50,268 nucleotides of DNA from Bigelowiella natans CCMP2755 (GCA_000320545.1 ADNK01001287.1:1-50268), one strand, 5' to 3'; counted from the first letter of the stretch, positions 36,394 through 48,616 are shown. Notes: generated by a model from the letters alone, not told the origin. Numbers and translations are program-made.

Positions 36394-36754
36394 GTGAGAG
36401 AAGCTTCCTTGAATGTGACTGCGGGGGTTGAGGACCTGCATGACAGGATGCCCCGGCGCAACCCGTTGCCATTTCTTCCGCCGTTCCATGAATTTTCGCT
36501 CACTTGTCGATTGACAAAGCCCTTTTGGTAAACAAGCGACAGGATATTTTTGGTGTCGCAGATTACGAACCCAATGCTGTTTTTAATAGAAAATTACCTA
36601 CCCGTAGATGTTACTCATCCCTCTACCTCTCTTCAACATTGTTGTCCTTGTTGCGAAAATTGGACGAATTATTGTACGAAATTTCTCGCTTAGAATTTCA
36701 CCCAACACCCGCCGAAGAGCCCCACCCCCCAGTGCCGAAGTTCTCCCCGAGAGC

Positions 36755-37219
36755 ATGCCTAAAAAGCGGAGGAAGCGGGTACATGCAGCATCCTTTGGAG
36801 AGGGGAGAGTAGGGACATGACATGGGCAGAATTCACGGAGAGAACAGAAAGGGGAGCGTTGGGTGAGGTGTAGGACGTACGGGAAGATTGCGTTGTGATC
36901 AGTCGTGATGACATGTTAAAACATCTGTTATTATCAGCCCCGCACCAGCAGCCCGCAAGGAGAGGAAATAGGAACCCATTTTCTGCCAAAGACAGCTCCC
37001 AAGAAGACCAAAAAGAAGGATAAGAAAAGACCGAGCCAATCATCCGCCGCAGTGGCAGAAGGGGGAGGAGTGAAGAGAGAGAATGTAAGCAGTAGCAGTG
37101 GCACCAAGAGAGAAAAGGGTGAGACGAAACATACATGAAATGTGGTATACCCAATCACATAAAACTCACATCTAACTCTACGTTAAAATAATGCATGCGT
37201 ATGTGCGTAAGTTTGTATG

Positions 37220-37274
<55 letters not shown>

Positions 37275-37547
37275 GAATATGCATGAATGCTCTGCCGATA
37301 CACGTGCGATGAATGCTCTGCCGATACACGTGCGATATGGAAGGTACCATAAGACTAGCATTCTAAGTTGGGTGTATAATTTTGCATGATGTATCAGGAG
37401 GGGGTGCTAGAATGAGCGTGATCAACGACGAGTGGCAAACTACGATCGATAGCTGGCGTGATATTGCACACCTCTTTGGAGACTACAAGTCGCGGCGTGT
37501 TTGGATGCCATTCTACTACGATGGCGAGTGCGCGAAGTAGCCTGTCA

Positions 37548-37625
<78 letters not shown>

Positions 37626-38603
37626 AAATACATATATACATGTGTGTGTGTGTGTGTGTGCGCGCGCGCGCACGAACAAATACTAGGCATCTACGAAAGC
37701 TCGGTTTCAAGAAGGTGTACCATAAGAGGCAAGACTTCTTCCAGAAAGTGAACGACCCCGATTTCATGCAGTCAATAGGTTGCTCATCCTTTGTTGAGGG
37801 ATGAGAGAGGAGAGAGGGGCAGTTCCAAGGCCATGCACCAAGTTGCATCAGCGTAATGAGCGGTGGTGAGGCAGGGGAGAGAGAGAGCCGTCAATAATCT
37901 GCGTTATGTTTCTTTCAATGGATTCGCTCCAGAGAGAGCAATAAGCTTGATCGTTTTCCGCGTTGTGTTTTGCGTAGAGCTGATTTGGGATAACCCCCCC
38001 TACACCGGCGCTGTGCTGAAAGAACGTATCTTGCGCTCGTTGGTGGCGAGCGGGAAGAAGTTTGTCCTGCTGCTTCCGAGCTCCATTCTCCACTCGAAGC
38101 TGTTGCAGGATATCGCTGATCTAGGAAAAGTGCAATGCGTCATCCCGCGGTATATGCATACAGGCAGCACATAGTAGGATGTGACGATATTTATGGTGGT
38201 GGCCGTTATGGTTTGAGAGAATTCTCACCTCATAACTTGACAATTTGCTGCACTATCGAGTCGTCGTTTTCATGATGTCTACCCCCCCCCCCCCTCCCCC
38301 ACTCCCCACATCCTCACATAAAAATAATCGAGGCTGATGCAGTAATAGCATCAAGAATTATAGATACGAGATCACATGCCCTGACCCGCCGCACGCACGG
38401 ATTTAGAGAATCGGCATCACAAATAGACACCCAGTGTTATCTTTACTAATCAACGTACACGCCATGATACGTGTGATTGTTGCAACCCATCAAACCATAG
38501 GAAGGTATACGTGCGGAAGACAGGAGCGGACGCTGTTCCTTTTAAGTATCTCGTGTGGTTGTGCTATGGGACAAGCCTTCCGAGGGATATCATGTTCGTG
38601 TAG
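36755..38603 (+). CDS. Putative N6-adenine (amino) methyltransferase with NPPY motif and N-terminal NLS
   Basis: Six exons splice in frame: MPKKRRKR | PRTSS..EK | GGGARMSVINDEWQT..VWMPFYYDGECA | KHLRKLGF..QDFF.. | ELIWDNPPYTG..KKFVLLLP..CVIPR | KVYVRK..VWLCYG..*. Confidence 0.75.
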
Positions 38604-39025
38604 TAATCATCAGCAACATGAACGCTATGTGTCGCTCTGCTAACATGCCCACACAGCCGTATATGATAACCGTATGTGCACTGCTCTCTCACATCGCTAG
38701 TATGCTAGCCATGTTTGTGCTGCATGTGCATTGCGTCATCACGCACCAAATTCGCAATGAGGAGATGGCTGTGTTTTGATGGATGCAATAAATTGATGGA
38801 TTACGCTGTTATGTCCGCATTGATTGCGCAAGACCACATTTGTTGCAATAATAGCAGGCATTTATAACAGCCCGATGTCTAGGATGTTGCTGCTGTTTGT
38901 GCGCTGAATTGCATATCGATCGCGAAGATGCTCGAGCACATTTAGACACATAACAGTTGGAACATGCAAGCGAACATCAAATAAAACTGACGATTAACAT
39001 GCTAGCATATATTGCCTAGTCTGGC

Positions 39026-41146
39026 CTAATCTTGGTGTGTGCATTCGTTAGATAATTTCTCAACGTTTATCACAGCGATGTACGAGATTACTGATCTAGT
39101 GATGCTGATCATGCGCGTCGGATGATTATTCCTCGTGCTCTCATGAAGCTGCGCCAGTCCTCCACTAAGATTCAGGGATTTCAGAGCAATCATTACTGTG
39201 TCCATGACAACTCGCCTTAATTCCTCCTTACTTAATTGACCTGGGGGGGCAGAAGAAACACAGATGGGGCAAGGGGGTTTCCTCACCACACCTGGTAAAG
39301 CTTTTTTTGGGCGTCCATTTGATGTCGCCTCCTTAGACCAGAATTTTGAACAGGATTTCAAGATGCTTTTCATTTCACATTCAGAGCGACAGTGACTGTT
39401 GTGAGGCGGGGCTTTAATCGATTTCTCATCATCTGTATCCAAGTCTTGGGATGTCCTGATCTTTTCCTTCTCCTCGGTGACGTCTTTCATTTTGGGAGAT
39501 GCCACCGTTGAGGTGTCAAGCTTGGTGTCAGTGAGTGTCCTTTTCCCATTCTCTTCAGTATTTGCAAGGTCGCTAGTCTTGACAGGTTGGGTACAAAAGT
39601 CGCCTTTGGTTCGTTTGTCCATCGAGTTGTTCTTCGGCATCCTCTCTTTCAGTGCTTCTACCGGATTGGTTGTGAGAGGATGGTAAACTCTTTTGCAGAC
39701 AGGCTGCGGCTGAGTGATGGTTGCAATTGCCGAACATGTGCCTCCGAAATTCTTTCTGTCGACTCTCATAGCCGGCTCAGCGAGAGAGCATTTAGAGACT
39801 TTGCTTTCAACCTTCTTTCTTTGTCGCTGTTGACGTTGGCTTGGCAATGGCAGCTGGATGTTAGTGTAGCCTTCTTTACTTTTGCCCTTCATCTTCTTTC
39901 TGTTCTGCTTTTTGCGGTGTCCGCCTTTGCACCTCGATCCTCTCGGCGGTGACGACGACGACGACATTGTTCTTGTTGTCATTGTTGTTGATGATGACAA
40001 GGGTGAAGCTTTTTTTGGGCGCCCATCTGATGTCGCCTCCTTAGACCAGAAATTTAAGAGTCTTTTCATTTCACTTCCAGAGCGACAGTGATTTTTGTGA
40101 AGCGGGGCTCGAATCATTATCTCTACATTTGCATCTAAGTCTTGGCATGTCCTGATCTTGTTCTCCTTCTTGGCGAACCCCTTTGTTCGCTGGATGCCTG
40201 TCGTAGTGGACACTACAGGGCAGCCTTCTTTGGTTTTGCTCTCCATCTTCTTCTTTTTCTGCTGTTTGCGTTGTTTTCGTTTGCTCCCCAACCCTCTTGA
40301 CGATGACGAGGATGATATTGTTGTTGTTGATGATGATAATTTCGGCTGAGTGGTGGTTGCAATTGCCGAACATGTGCCTCCGAAATTCTTTCTGTCGACT
40401 CTCATAGCCGGCTCAGCGAGAGAGCATTTAGAGACTTTGCTTTCAACCTTCTTTCTTTGTCGCTGTTGACGTTGGCTTGGCAATGGCAGCTGGATGTTTG
40501 TCGCAGTGCCCACAGCAGTGTAGCCTTCTTTACTTTTGCCCTTCATCTTCTTTCTGTTCTGCTTTTTGCGGTGTCCGCCTTTGCACCTCGACCCTCTCGG
40601 CGGTGACGACGACGACGACGTTGTTCTTGTTGTCATGGTTGACAACGATGATGATGGTGGTGACGACAAGAGTGCCTTCACTGCTACTTTCTTCTTGGCA
40701 TTTGCTGCTACATTCATCTTTGAAGCATCGGCTTTCTGAGAAGCTCTGGGCTTTTCGTATCTTTCGAAGATACACCCGAGCGTAACGACGTACAAGACAG
40801 GGAGTACAGCAAAAATAAACACCGCCAAGAGTACCTCTATGACAGATGCACACTCAGCCACGATGCATTCTGTGACCAAGTTCCAGAAGCTCTTAGACGG
40901 AGGAGGAACGACAATGGATGGGGGTGGAAGGGTCAGTTTGGTTGCTTCCCAAGCCCGGGCGGTGTCGACTGTGGCGACAAAGGCATCTGACCTTAGCATC
41001 TTGTTCGAATCGTGAGTTGAGTTGTGACTAGCTTGAGTTTGAGTTGTGACTAGCTTGAGTTTGAGTTGTGACTGGCTTGAGTTTGAGTTCTGACTAGCTT
41101 TTGTCCCGTGCGGCTCGGGTTGCTCGAGGAAGAGAAGAAACGCCAA
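39026..41146 (-). CDS. Intronless orphan ORF (706 aa; likely start M at 40999) with one TM helix and internal segmental duplications
   Basis: Uninterrupted 2.1-kb ORF. Hydrophobic VLLAVFIFAVLPVLYVVTLG. Two near-identical blocks SSPPRGSRCKGGHRKKQ...GGTCSAIAT and two diverged KIRTxQDLD...FWSKEATSxGRPKKA blocks. Confidence 0.55.
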   Translation of the reverse strand: MAFLLFLEQPEPHGTKASQNSNSSQSQLKLKLVTTQTQASHNSTHDSNKMLRSDAFVATVDTARAWEATKLTLPPPSIVVPPPSKSFWNLVTECIVAECASVIEVLLAVFIFAVLPVLYVVTLGCIFERYEKPRASQKADASKMNVAANAKKKVAVKALLSSPPSSSLSTMTTRTTSSSSSPPRGSRCKGGHRKKQNRKKMKGKSKEGYTAVGTATNIQLPLPSQRQQRQRKKVESKVSKCSLAEPAMRVDRKNFGGTCSAIATTTQPKLSSSTTTISSSSSSRGLGSKRKQRKQQKKKKMESKTKEGCPVVSTTTGIQRTKGFAKKENKIRTCQDLDANVEIMIRAPLHKNHCRSGSEMKRLLNFWSKEATSDGRPKKASPLSSSTTMTTRTMSSSSSPPRGSRCKGGHRKKQNRKKMKGKSKEGYTNIQLPLPSQRQQRQRKKVESKVSKCSLAEPAMRVDRKNFGGTCSAIATITQPQPVCKRVYHPLTTNPVEALKERMPKNNSMDKRTKGDFCTQPVKTSDLANTEENGKRTLTDTKLDTSTVASPKMKDVTEEKEKIRTSQDLDTDDEKSIKAPPHNSHCRSECEMKSILKSCSKFWSKEATSNGRPKKALPGVVRKPPCPICVSSAPPGQLSKEELRRVVMDTVMIALKSLNLSGGLAQLHESTRNNHPTRMISITRSVISYIAVINVEKLSNECTHQD
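39720..40636. repeat. Near-identical direct repeat of about 265-280 bp (about 39720-39983 and 40355-40636) inside the 706-aa ORF
   Basis: Visible at DNA and protein level; the copies differ mainly by a 15-nt in-frame indel. Confidence 0.9.
41019..41100. repeat. 22-bp tandem repeat (GAGTTGTGACTAGCTTGAGTTT), about 3.7 copies
   Basis: Units at 41019, 41041 and 41063, plus a partial unit at 41085; no spacers. Confidence 0.9.
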
Positions 41147-41433
41147 TTGCAGATCTGCGACAAACCTATCCTATCTACCGCCTGCTGAAAACGGAGGTCA
41201 AATGGCATGATTCCATTTACTCGAGACCGTTCTCAAGTTGAGGTGAAGGGTAATCCTGTGTCGTAGCATGAAAATGCAATGTGTTTGCCTCTGAATGCTA
41301 CCGGTACACCAGGATGTTGCTAGGCTTAAATTCGATAAGTTGTTGTCGCAGGATAGAAATGAGACCGGTTTCTCGGGAAATAAGACCTTCGATTTTCTCT
41401 GATTTTTGGGAGAATATCCTACTCGTACAAATC

Positions 41434-41923
41434 ATGGGAGACCAGCACAGCCCCGGGACCGAAGTTCGCGTTGGCAATCTCGAGGCCTCCACGGACAAGG
41501 TGACGTGCGTAATGCTTGGAAAGAGTGCTTGTTGGAGAGTAGCCACCGTGCCTTAAAAGGATGTGAATTGCCTACACTCAGCGTGGCTTGGAGGAGTTCT
41601 TCCGAGGTAGCGGGAAGATCACTTCAGTCCGGATAACGAATGCCCCAGATCATGCTGGCCTCGTCACATTCGAAAACGTTAATGATGCCAAGAATGCTGT
41701 TGCAGCTTTGAATGGCAAGGAATTCAGAGGAAATAAACTTAGCATCTCTTTCACGAAAGCTAGTGTCGACGTTCACGTAAATTACAACCGTAATTCGCTC
41801 AAGGCTGGGAAGGTGAGTGGTTAGGTTGCGGCGGCGGAGGCGGAGGCGGGGGAGGAGTTGTGTGCATCGTTAACTGAATTGTTATATCTGTGTCTCGATC
41901 TCTCCATGTGGAAAATTATAATA

Positions 41924-41962
<39 letters not shown>

Positions 41963-43121
41963 GTGTGTGTGTGTGTGTATAACGCCGCATATTTTAGGCG
42001 ACGGGGATTGGGAGGAAAGTAAAGGCAACATCTGGAATGGTAGTTGCATGCGAGCCATGCTTGATTCCGCTTGTCACACGCCGACACAGCAAATGAACAC
42101 TATGGAGTATTTCGCGTTGGTTATGCTCAATGCTGTTCGCACTGAGAGCAACAGCAAAGATCAGCAGCATTAACATCTTCTCTCCCTTACAGAGTTTCGC
42201 TCGGAATACCGACGCTACCATTGGCGAGCTCAAGAAGCAGATCGTAGAAAACGAAGACATACCAGAGCAAATTGCCGGTCGCATTGTCCTGCGCCCCTAT
42301 ACTGCAAAGAGGGCCGACAAAGCGCTCGCCGAGGACGTGCGGCTCGGGGATCTTTGCAACGAAGGCCGCACCAAGCTGCTTCTCAGGGCCGACATATCGG
42401 GAACAGAGATCAAACAGTATGTAAGCACTACACTGGACGCGAGTAATTCGGGCTGTCCTGCGCGCGACAAACACGCATAGAGCTCGCCATTTTGATGCTG
42501 AAGCAGATAATCCCCCCCCCCCCCCCCCCCCCCCCAAGCCTTTCGAGGAGTGCGGGGCGGGGAGCGTTATTTTGGTGCGCGGGAGCTCTTAAAACACCAA
42601 CCATACTCTAACGGCGTGCTGTGCCTTCTTATTTTTCGTCTTCCTCTGAGATATGGAATGGAGGATTACAAACTCAAAATTAAGGGTCTCTCCGGAGCAA
42701 CGATAGGTCAGCCACTTGGACCAAAGGAAGGAGGGGGGGGTGAAGGGGGAATGAATATGCTATTAGAGAACCTGTCAATCACCAAACGAGAGGATAAGGG
42801 GCGATCTATCCGCGAAGCAACTGATCGAACGGCATGGCTTTCGTTTTGGTTATCATTTACTTTGCAGAGATAGGCGCTTCGCATACGGATCTTGTGTACA
42901 TGGTGAAACGGAAGATAGAGAAAATGGAGGGACTTTCAGTCAACTCGCAGCGCCTGGTGTTTGCCGGAAAGGGCCTAGAAGATTTACGCACGCTGAGAGA
43001 CTACAGGTGCAATCTAGAGATGGTTTGTGGATGAGATTTCCATCATACACAGCAGCGGGATCACACGACAGAGGAGCAAGTTCTCCCAACAATGAATCCT
43101 TTCCATGAGTTGCCTGTCTGG

Positions 43122-43154
<33 letters not shown>

Positions 43155-43426
43155 CGTGTCCTATGTGCTGTGTGTTATGTGCTGTGTGCTGTATGCTTTC
43201 TTTGTAGCGATGAACATCTGACCGACAATACTCACCAATGGTTTTCCTTAGTATTTGCCGTGGAAGCTGTCTCCATCTGATTGTCAGAGGAGGTGCTGAC
43301 ATTCCAGCAAAGTGGACGACCCCATACGATAAGCCCAGCAATAAAGACTCGGATATAAATAGCGATGCACGATTAGTGACAACAGGGGATTCGTCCTCAT
43401 GGCCGTCTTCTTGCCTGTTGTCGTAG
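41434..43426 (+). CDS. RRM + two ubiquitin-like domains, internal RGG, C-terminal CaaX box (CLLS)
   Basis: RRM: EVRVGNL..EEFFRGSGKITSVRI..GLVTFENVNDAKNAVAALNGKEFRGNKLSI. UBL1: TIGELKKQIVENEDIP. UBL2: VKRKIEKMEGLSVNSQRLVFAGKGLEDLRTLRDY|SICRGSCLHLIVRGG. Protein ends SSCLLS*. Confidence 0.8.
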
Positions 43427-43824
43427 GTCGTAGGTCGTAGGCTCCGCCAAGCGTGCAATGCATAGCATGTGCGTCATTGCACATTGTGTGCGATGAATTT
43501 ATCGATCTGGCTAGCACAGTGAACTGCATCATGGCATGAAGGCGTGCTCGCATGCATACTTTATTGCACGTGATGAGACGCTGCATGTGTCTGCAGTCCA
43601 TGTAAAGCAACTGACTTCTGTTTAGTAAGTTGAAGCGTAGCGCCGCACAAGTTATGCATCGCACACGCTAGCACGTACAGTAGACAGCGGCACTCGAATA
43701 TATATGATGTAAGTTTTTCTGCATTTTTATTTTAAAATGTAGAACAACGTACTGATCCTTGACGATAGCGAACAAGATACCATTTTTTCATTTTAACATA
43801 CGTCAGCCAAAGAGGAATCTATCA

Positions 43825-44200
43825 TCATTCATCGTCAGCGTATTTACCATGAACTACACTGGCAATATTCTTCCTTCGTCGTTCCACAGCCTCCTTTTTG
43901 GCTGGAAAGTTAGATAAAATTCAATGCTAGTCGCTTTGGTCGGATACGTAATAAATAAAATCCATACATATGTAATTCGACGCAAGGACAAACGTAGATC
44001 AATCGAAATCCTCACGCCGCCACCATTAGCAGTGTGTCAAAGGGGAGGAGTCAGCACCTATGCGTTTCTGGATGAAAAGTTTCTTTACGCTGATTTTCTT
44101 CTTTTTCTTCGGCTCAGGCCGCTGCGGGAGATCGTTACCCTAATAGTTGAATGATAAAGCATTTTTTGCATGAGCATAGTGTACACGCCCAACACACTAA

Positions 44201-44251
<51 letters not shown>

Positions 44252-44501
44252 GATTTTCCCTAAGTCAAATAGCACAGGTACAATCTGGAACTAAACGTCT
44301 CAGTCGCCTCACCAACATGCATCTTCTTCTTCTTCACACGTATTATCTTCGATATATCACCAAACCTCGACAATGGCTTCTTGCAGCTCTTTTCGATAAT
44401 TGGCCATCAGTTTCTCCTCCTCGATTTTCTCGGTTTCAGATTCCGACTGAATCAGAGTAGGAGGGTCAACGATGATATTGGTTATTTGGTGAAGGGAAGA
44501 A

Positions 44502-44533
<32 letters not shown>

Positions 44534-45961
44534 GCACACGCGCCGCACGGAGTATCATTAAAACCTACTGAAGATATTCTAGGATTTTCAAAAACGAGAA
44601 TTCTGGGAGAATTCCTCCTATATCATCCCTGCAAGGTCATTCGTGCTGTGTGGCTGTTGTTTTGTCATTTTTTAATGCTTGGGTCGTCTGGTATATCACC
44701 GCCGCCTTTTCTTTCAAAGCCGCCTCATCAGCGAATTTCTGGTCCCATTTCTTCAAATAATCCCTGGTGTTTTGTGGAAGGAAAAGTCCGATTGTTGAAC
44801 GGTGAGGAGGTCGAAAAGGAGAGTGAGAAGGAGAATGAGGAAGGAGGAAGCAAGGAGAGAGAGAGAGCGAGAGAGAGAGAGAGAGAGGGGGGGGTGGGGA
44901 GGGGGGGTGGATAGTGTTGTCTCCGCTCTTAAAGATAATTTTTGGTCTCGATGATTTTCCTTTTATCTTATTGTTCTACTTCCTTTTTTTTAACTTTAAA
45001 AAATTAAAAAAAGACGCAAGATCCCACAGTAAGAAAGAAACACAAGCACGCAGATCATATGGAACGCGAAGGCCATTATTAATTCCCCCCCTCCGTCTCA
45101 ATCCGGCACCAAAAACGGAGCGGCGAACACCCGTATTGAGTGGAACATAACCCTTTGAACTCTTATTGTTTCAAACGCCACGAGTGTTTTAATTTTACCA
45201 GCACTCGGGGGAGACGTTTAAGCAGTCCTCCGCAGTGAGCTCGGGCCGCTCTCGCATCTGAATAAGAAACAACCCGTGATGAACATGCACGCTCGCAAGA
45301 CGCTTCTTCCTTGGCACCTTGTCCAGCATACGGTGTTTCAGTTGCATACCAAGGCCTTCCAGATATCTGAATCGAGTATATCGTGAATGAAGAAATCAAC
45401 CCAATTAGCAGCTTCTTGGTGAACGGAGTCGATTAGCGAGCATGCTGTATGGGAGGTTACTACCTCGGCTCAGCCATGATGATGTAGTTATCGAAACCCA
45501 TATACTTATCGATCGTCCTGTTTGTTTGGAAGGAGTGAAAGTCGGTAAAAGATTCAAACGCAGCGACGACCAGGAACTACAATGGGGTGAATGAGTAAGT
45601 GTGTGGGTGATAGAGGAAAGCTATTGCCTCATCACTCCCGGCGCGGTCCTCAGTTTGATCTTTTCTTCGAGAATTTCACTGTAGAATTCAGCCCAAACAG
45701 TGTTGGGTTCCCATCTTCTCGAAGTTCTGGTGAGGAGAAAGGCAATAATTCAGCGTTGTGTTACCTCGTCCCCCCCCCCCAAGCCCAATCCCGTCCCTTT
45801 GCATCCCCACCCCCCCTATATAATCCCAATCCACACTTTCGCTCTGAATGGGAGACTTGCTTCCCATATCGAATAGTCTTGCCATGATAGAGACCCCTGA
45901 GAAGGCGGTTGGCCCTCGATGCGCGGACGAACTGGGAAAGGCCGGCCGCGGCAGACGCCAT
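43825..45961 (-). CDS. MRPL28: Mitochondrial ribosomal protein bL28m with a long C-terminal extension
   Basis: Spliced GLYHGKTIRYGKQVSHSER|KTSRRWEPN..FYSEILEEKIKLRT..VM|RTIDKYMGFDNYII, with an N-terminal presequence. The downstream exons are less certain. Confidence 0.85.
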
Positions 45962-46155
45962 CGCTGGTCTGGTTTTGCAGATGAGCCCGACTAGATTTTA
46001 CACTTACGGCTTGTAAAAAATGCATAATGACGATAAAATACAGGGGATTTTTTGTTTTTATCAACCCAGACAAGGATAAGCGGGAAATATCAAAAGGAAT
46101 TTAGCCCAATTTAGCCCTATTCAGCTCATGACTCTGTCTTGTCGCGCGTGCAGCA

Positions 46156-47200
46156 ATGGCGACAGGAAAGACGGAAAATATTGATTGTTTTTACGATTGC
46201 GACAACGAATTTACCTTGTCGCAGGTAATAAACAATGATGCATTCTTTCAGGCGTCGGATAGAAGAACAGAAACACAAGTAACGTTTTTTCTGCGGCTGC
46301 TTCCAGGTAGACAAGTCAAGGGGGGGGCGCGGCAGCCAGTGCACATCCCTTGCGTGAGAGCGATATTCGAAAAGAGGTGGAACGGGGGCTCTTTGTTGAA
46401 TGTTTTCCCAACTGTTTTTTGCTGACTCTCCCCCCTCTTTCAAAAGATTTAGTGTTCCGAAGAAGAAAAATGAGTGCCCTAAATGCACGCAGCAGTAGTG
46501 TCATTGGACTTTCAACTCCCCCTTCCCGCACCTACATCAGGCCAATAATGACGAAAGGCGATGCAAAAGATGCAAACGAAGCAGGTAGGACCATATCCTT
46601 ATTGAAAGAGGAGCACCTAGCGATCATGTTAAGGGGAAGAAGGCAGGAGTGAATACTCGGGCAATCCATAATAACCAAACACAGAGAGACTCACTTTACA
46701 TTTTTTTGTATTTATTCTTAGAATCGCTTGAGGCTGCTCAGCAAAGGGCTGATATGGCAACGAAGAAACTCGAGGCAGTACTGAAGCAACACAAATTGCA
46801 GGTTATCGAGCACTTGTACGCCGAGCGCTTTATTTCCCCTTTTTTGGTTCTCCACTCTTCATTTCAGCTTTACACGAATCCCTGGGGCCCTTTGAGAAGA
46901 TGATTTGAAAGACTTTTAAAAAAAGATGACGAACTTACCCAAAATCGAAAGGTTGAGATGCTAACGGGAAAGCTCGAAGATATGAAGAGCAAGTAAGATG
47001 CCGATACACATCAGCACGAGCGCAATGCCGGAGAGATTAGCTTTTACGTTATTCTGCAGTAAGCAGCACTCTGTTCCCCATTTCCTCTCAGGTATGAGGA
47101 TAAACTCAAAGAAACAAAGAAGCCGAACGAGGACGGAAAAGATGATGCAGGCCCGAAAGTGAGATAACATGTATACTGTACTGTTGATACTTAATCATAT

Positions 47201-47253
<53 letters not shown>

Positions 47254-48498
47254 ATATGTGTATTATATTAAATAATACACTTCCGCTGACAACACCAATT
47301 AGCTGAACGGGAGCGAATCGAAGCTCGCGGACATGGAGAAGGAACTCGAGCTTGTGCGGTGCGTATTTCAAACAAATAACAACGCTCAAAATATCGAAGA
47401 GGCAATTCGTGAGCGATATCCACGATGAGACACACACATATGACTTCTCCCTGCGAACAATGTGGAACGTGCTCCAAGGGCAAAGCTCGTGGTGCTGGTG
47501 TCTCTTCCGTGTTCGGAGGGCAGCGGAAGCTGCAAATAATAAATAATAAAGATCGCATGGCAAAAAAGCTCGAAAATGCGTTATGAACAGACTCTGTTTT
47601 TTACATTTTTACTTCGTTGCCACCCTTCTCGAGCGGCGTAGCACGCGGTGGGGAGGTAGTATCTCTCCCCCTCAAAATCTAAGACCTCCTCCCCTCATCC
47701 CCCCTCTCCCTCCCCACCTGGCCTTCGCAACAACCCTGTAGAAAGCAGGTGGAGGACCTTGTCGCTGAAAAGTCGGAGTTGGAGAACAAGCTTGCAGCTG
47801 CTTCGGACGAGAAGAAGGCCCTGCAGAAGAGTGTCGCTGCCGCGCAAGGCCAGCTCGAGGGAGCCACTGCAGCTAAGGAGGAAGCTGAGCGGCGTGTGGA
47901 ACAGCTTTTGAAAGAGATCGCAGAGAATAAGAAGAAGACAGAGCCGGGGGAAGAGGGCAAGAAAGAAGAAGGGAAGCAGGAAGAGGAGGAGGAGGCTGCA
48001 AAGCAGGAGACGGGGACCTCCGAGGAGAAAGAAGGAGAGGGGGGGGGAGAGAAGGAAACGACAGAGGGCGAGCAGAAACCCGATGATGAAGGTGGTGATG
48101 GAGGAGCTGCTGGAGAGGCGAAGACGGCGGGTCAAGTCGAGGGGACCGTGGGAGAAGAACAAAGGAAAAAGTTGGCTGAGCTGGAGGGAAAACTAAGCGA
48201 GGTGACTAAACTGCGAACACCACGATTCCGCGCGTTGTAGAGCTAGCATCGGATAAATACCTCGGTGATAAAGCCGGGGGAGCATCATGTGTCGGCTGTG
48301 TTGTAGCGCTCTTGCGACTGAGCCTTTCTGCCTCAGGCCCTTAGGAAAATGGAAGAAATCAAGGCACAGGCGTGGGAAGACATGAAGAAAAAGGCTGCAG
48401 AGCTCGAAGACTCCCAGAAATCCGTAAGTGGGCAGATGATAGAGAGAACTCGCAACGATCCAATGAAGCACATGAACCAGCAAAGCACACAAACCACG

Positions 48499-48537
<39 letters not shown>

Positions 48538-48571
48538 CAATGCAAAGTAATACTCAAATTAAGGACGGGCT

Positions 48572-48616
<45 letters not shown>

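Noticed and set aside
35884-36472. Duplicated 104-aa and 69/75-aa ORFs
   Set aside because: They overlap the tRNA genes; the duplication is explained by the tRNA repeat.
37283-37336. 26-bp perfect tandem duplication
   Set aside because: Two copies within an intron; ordinary slippage with no sign of function.
41019-41100. 22-bp repeats as a CRISPR array
   Set aside because: The units are directly adjacent with no spacers, there are no cas genes, and the context is eukaryotic.
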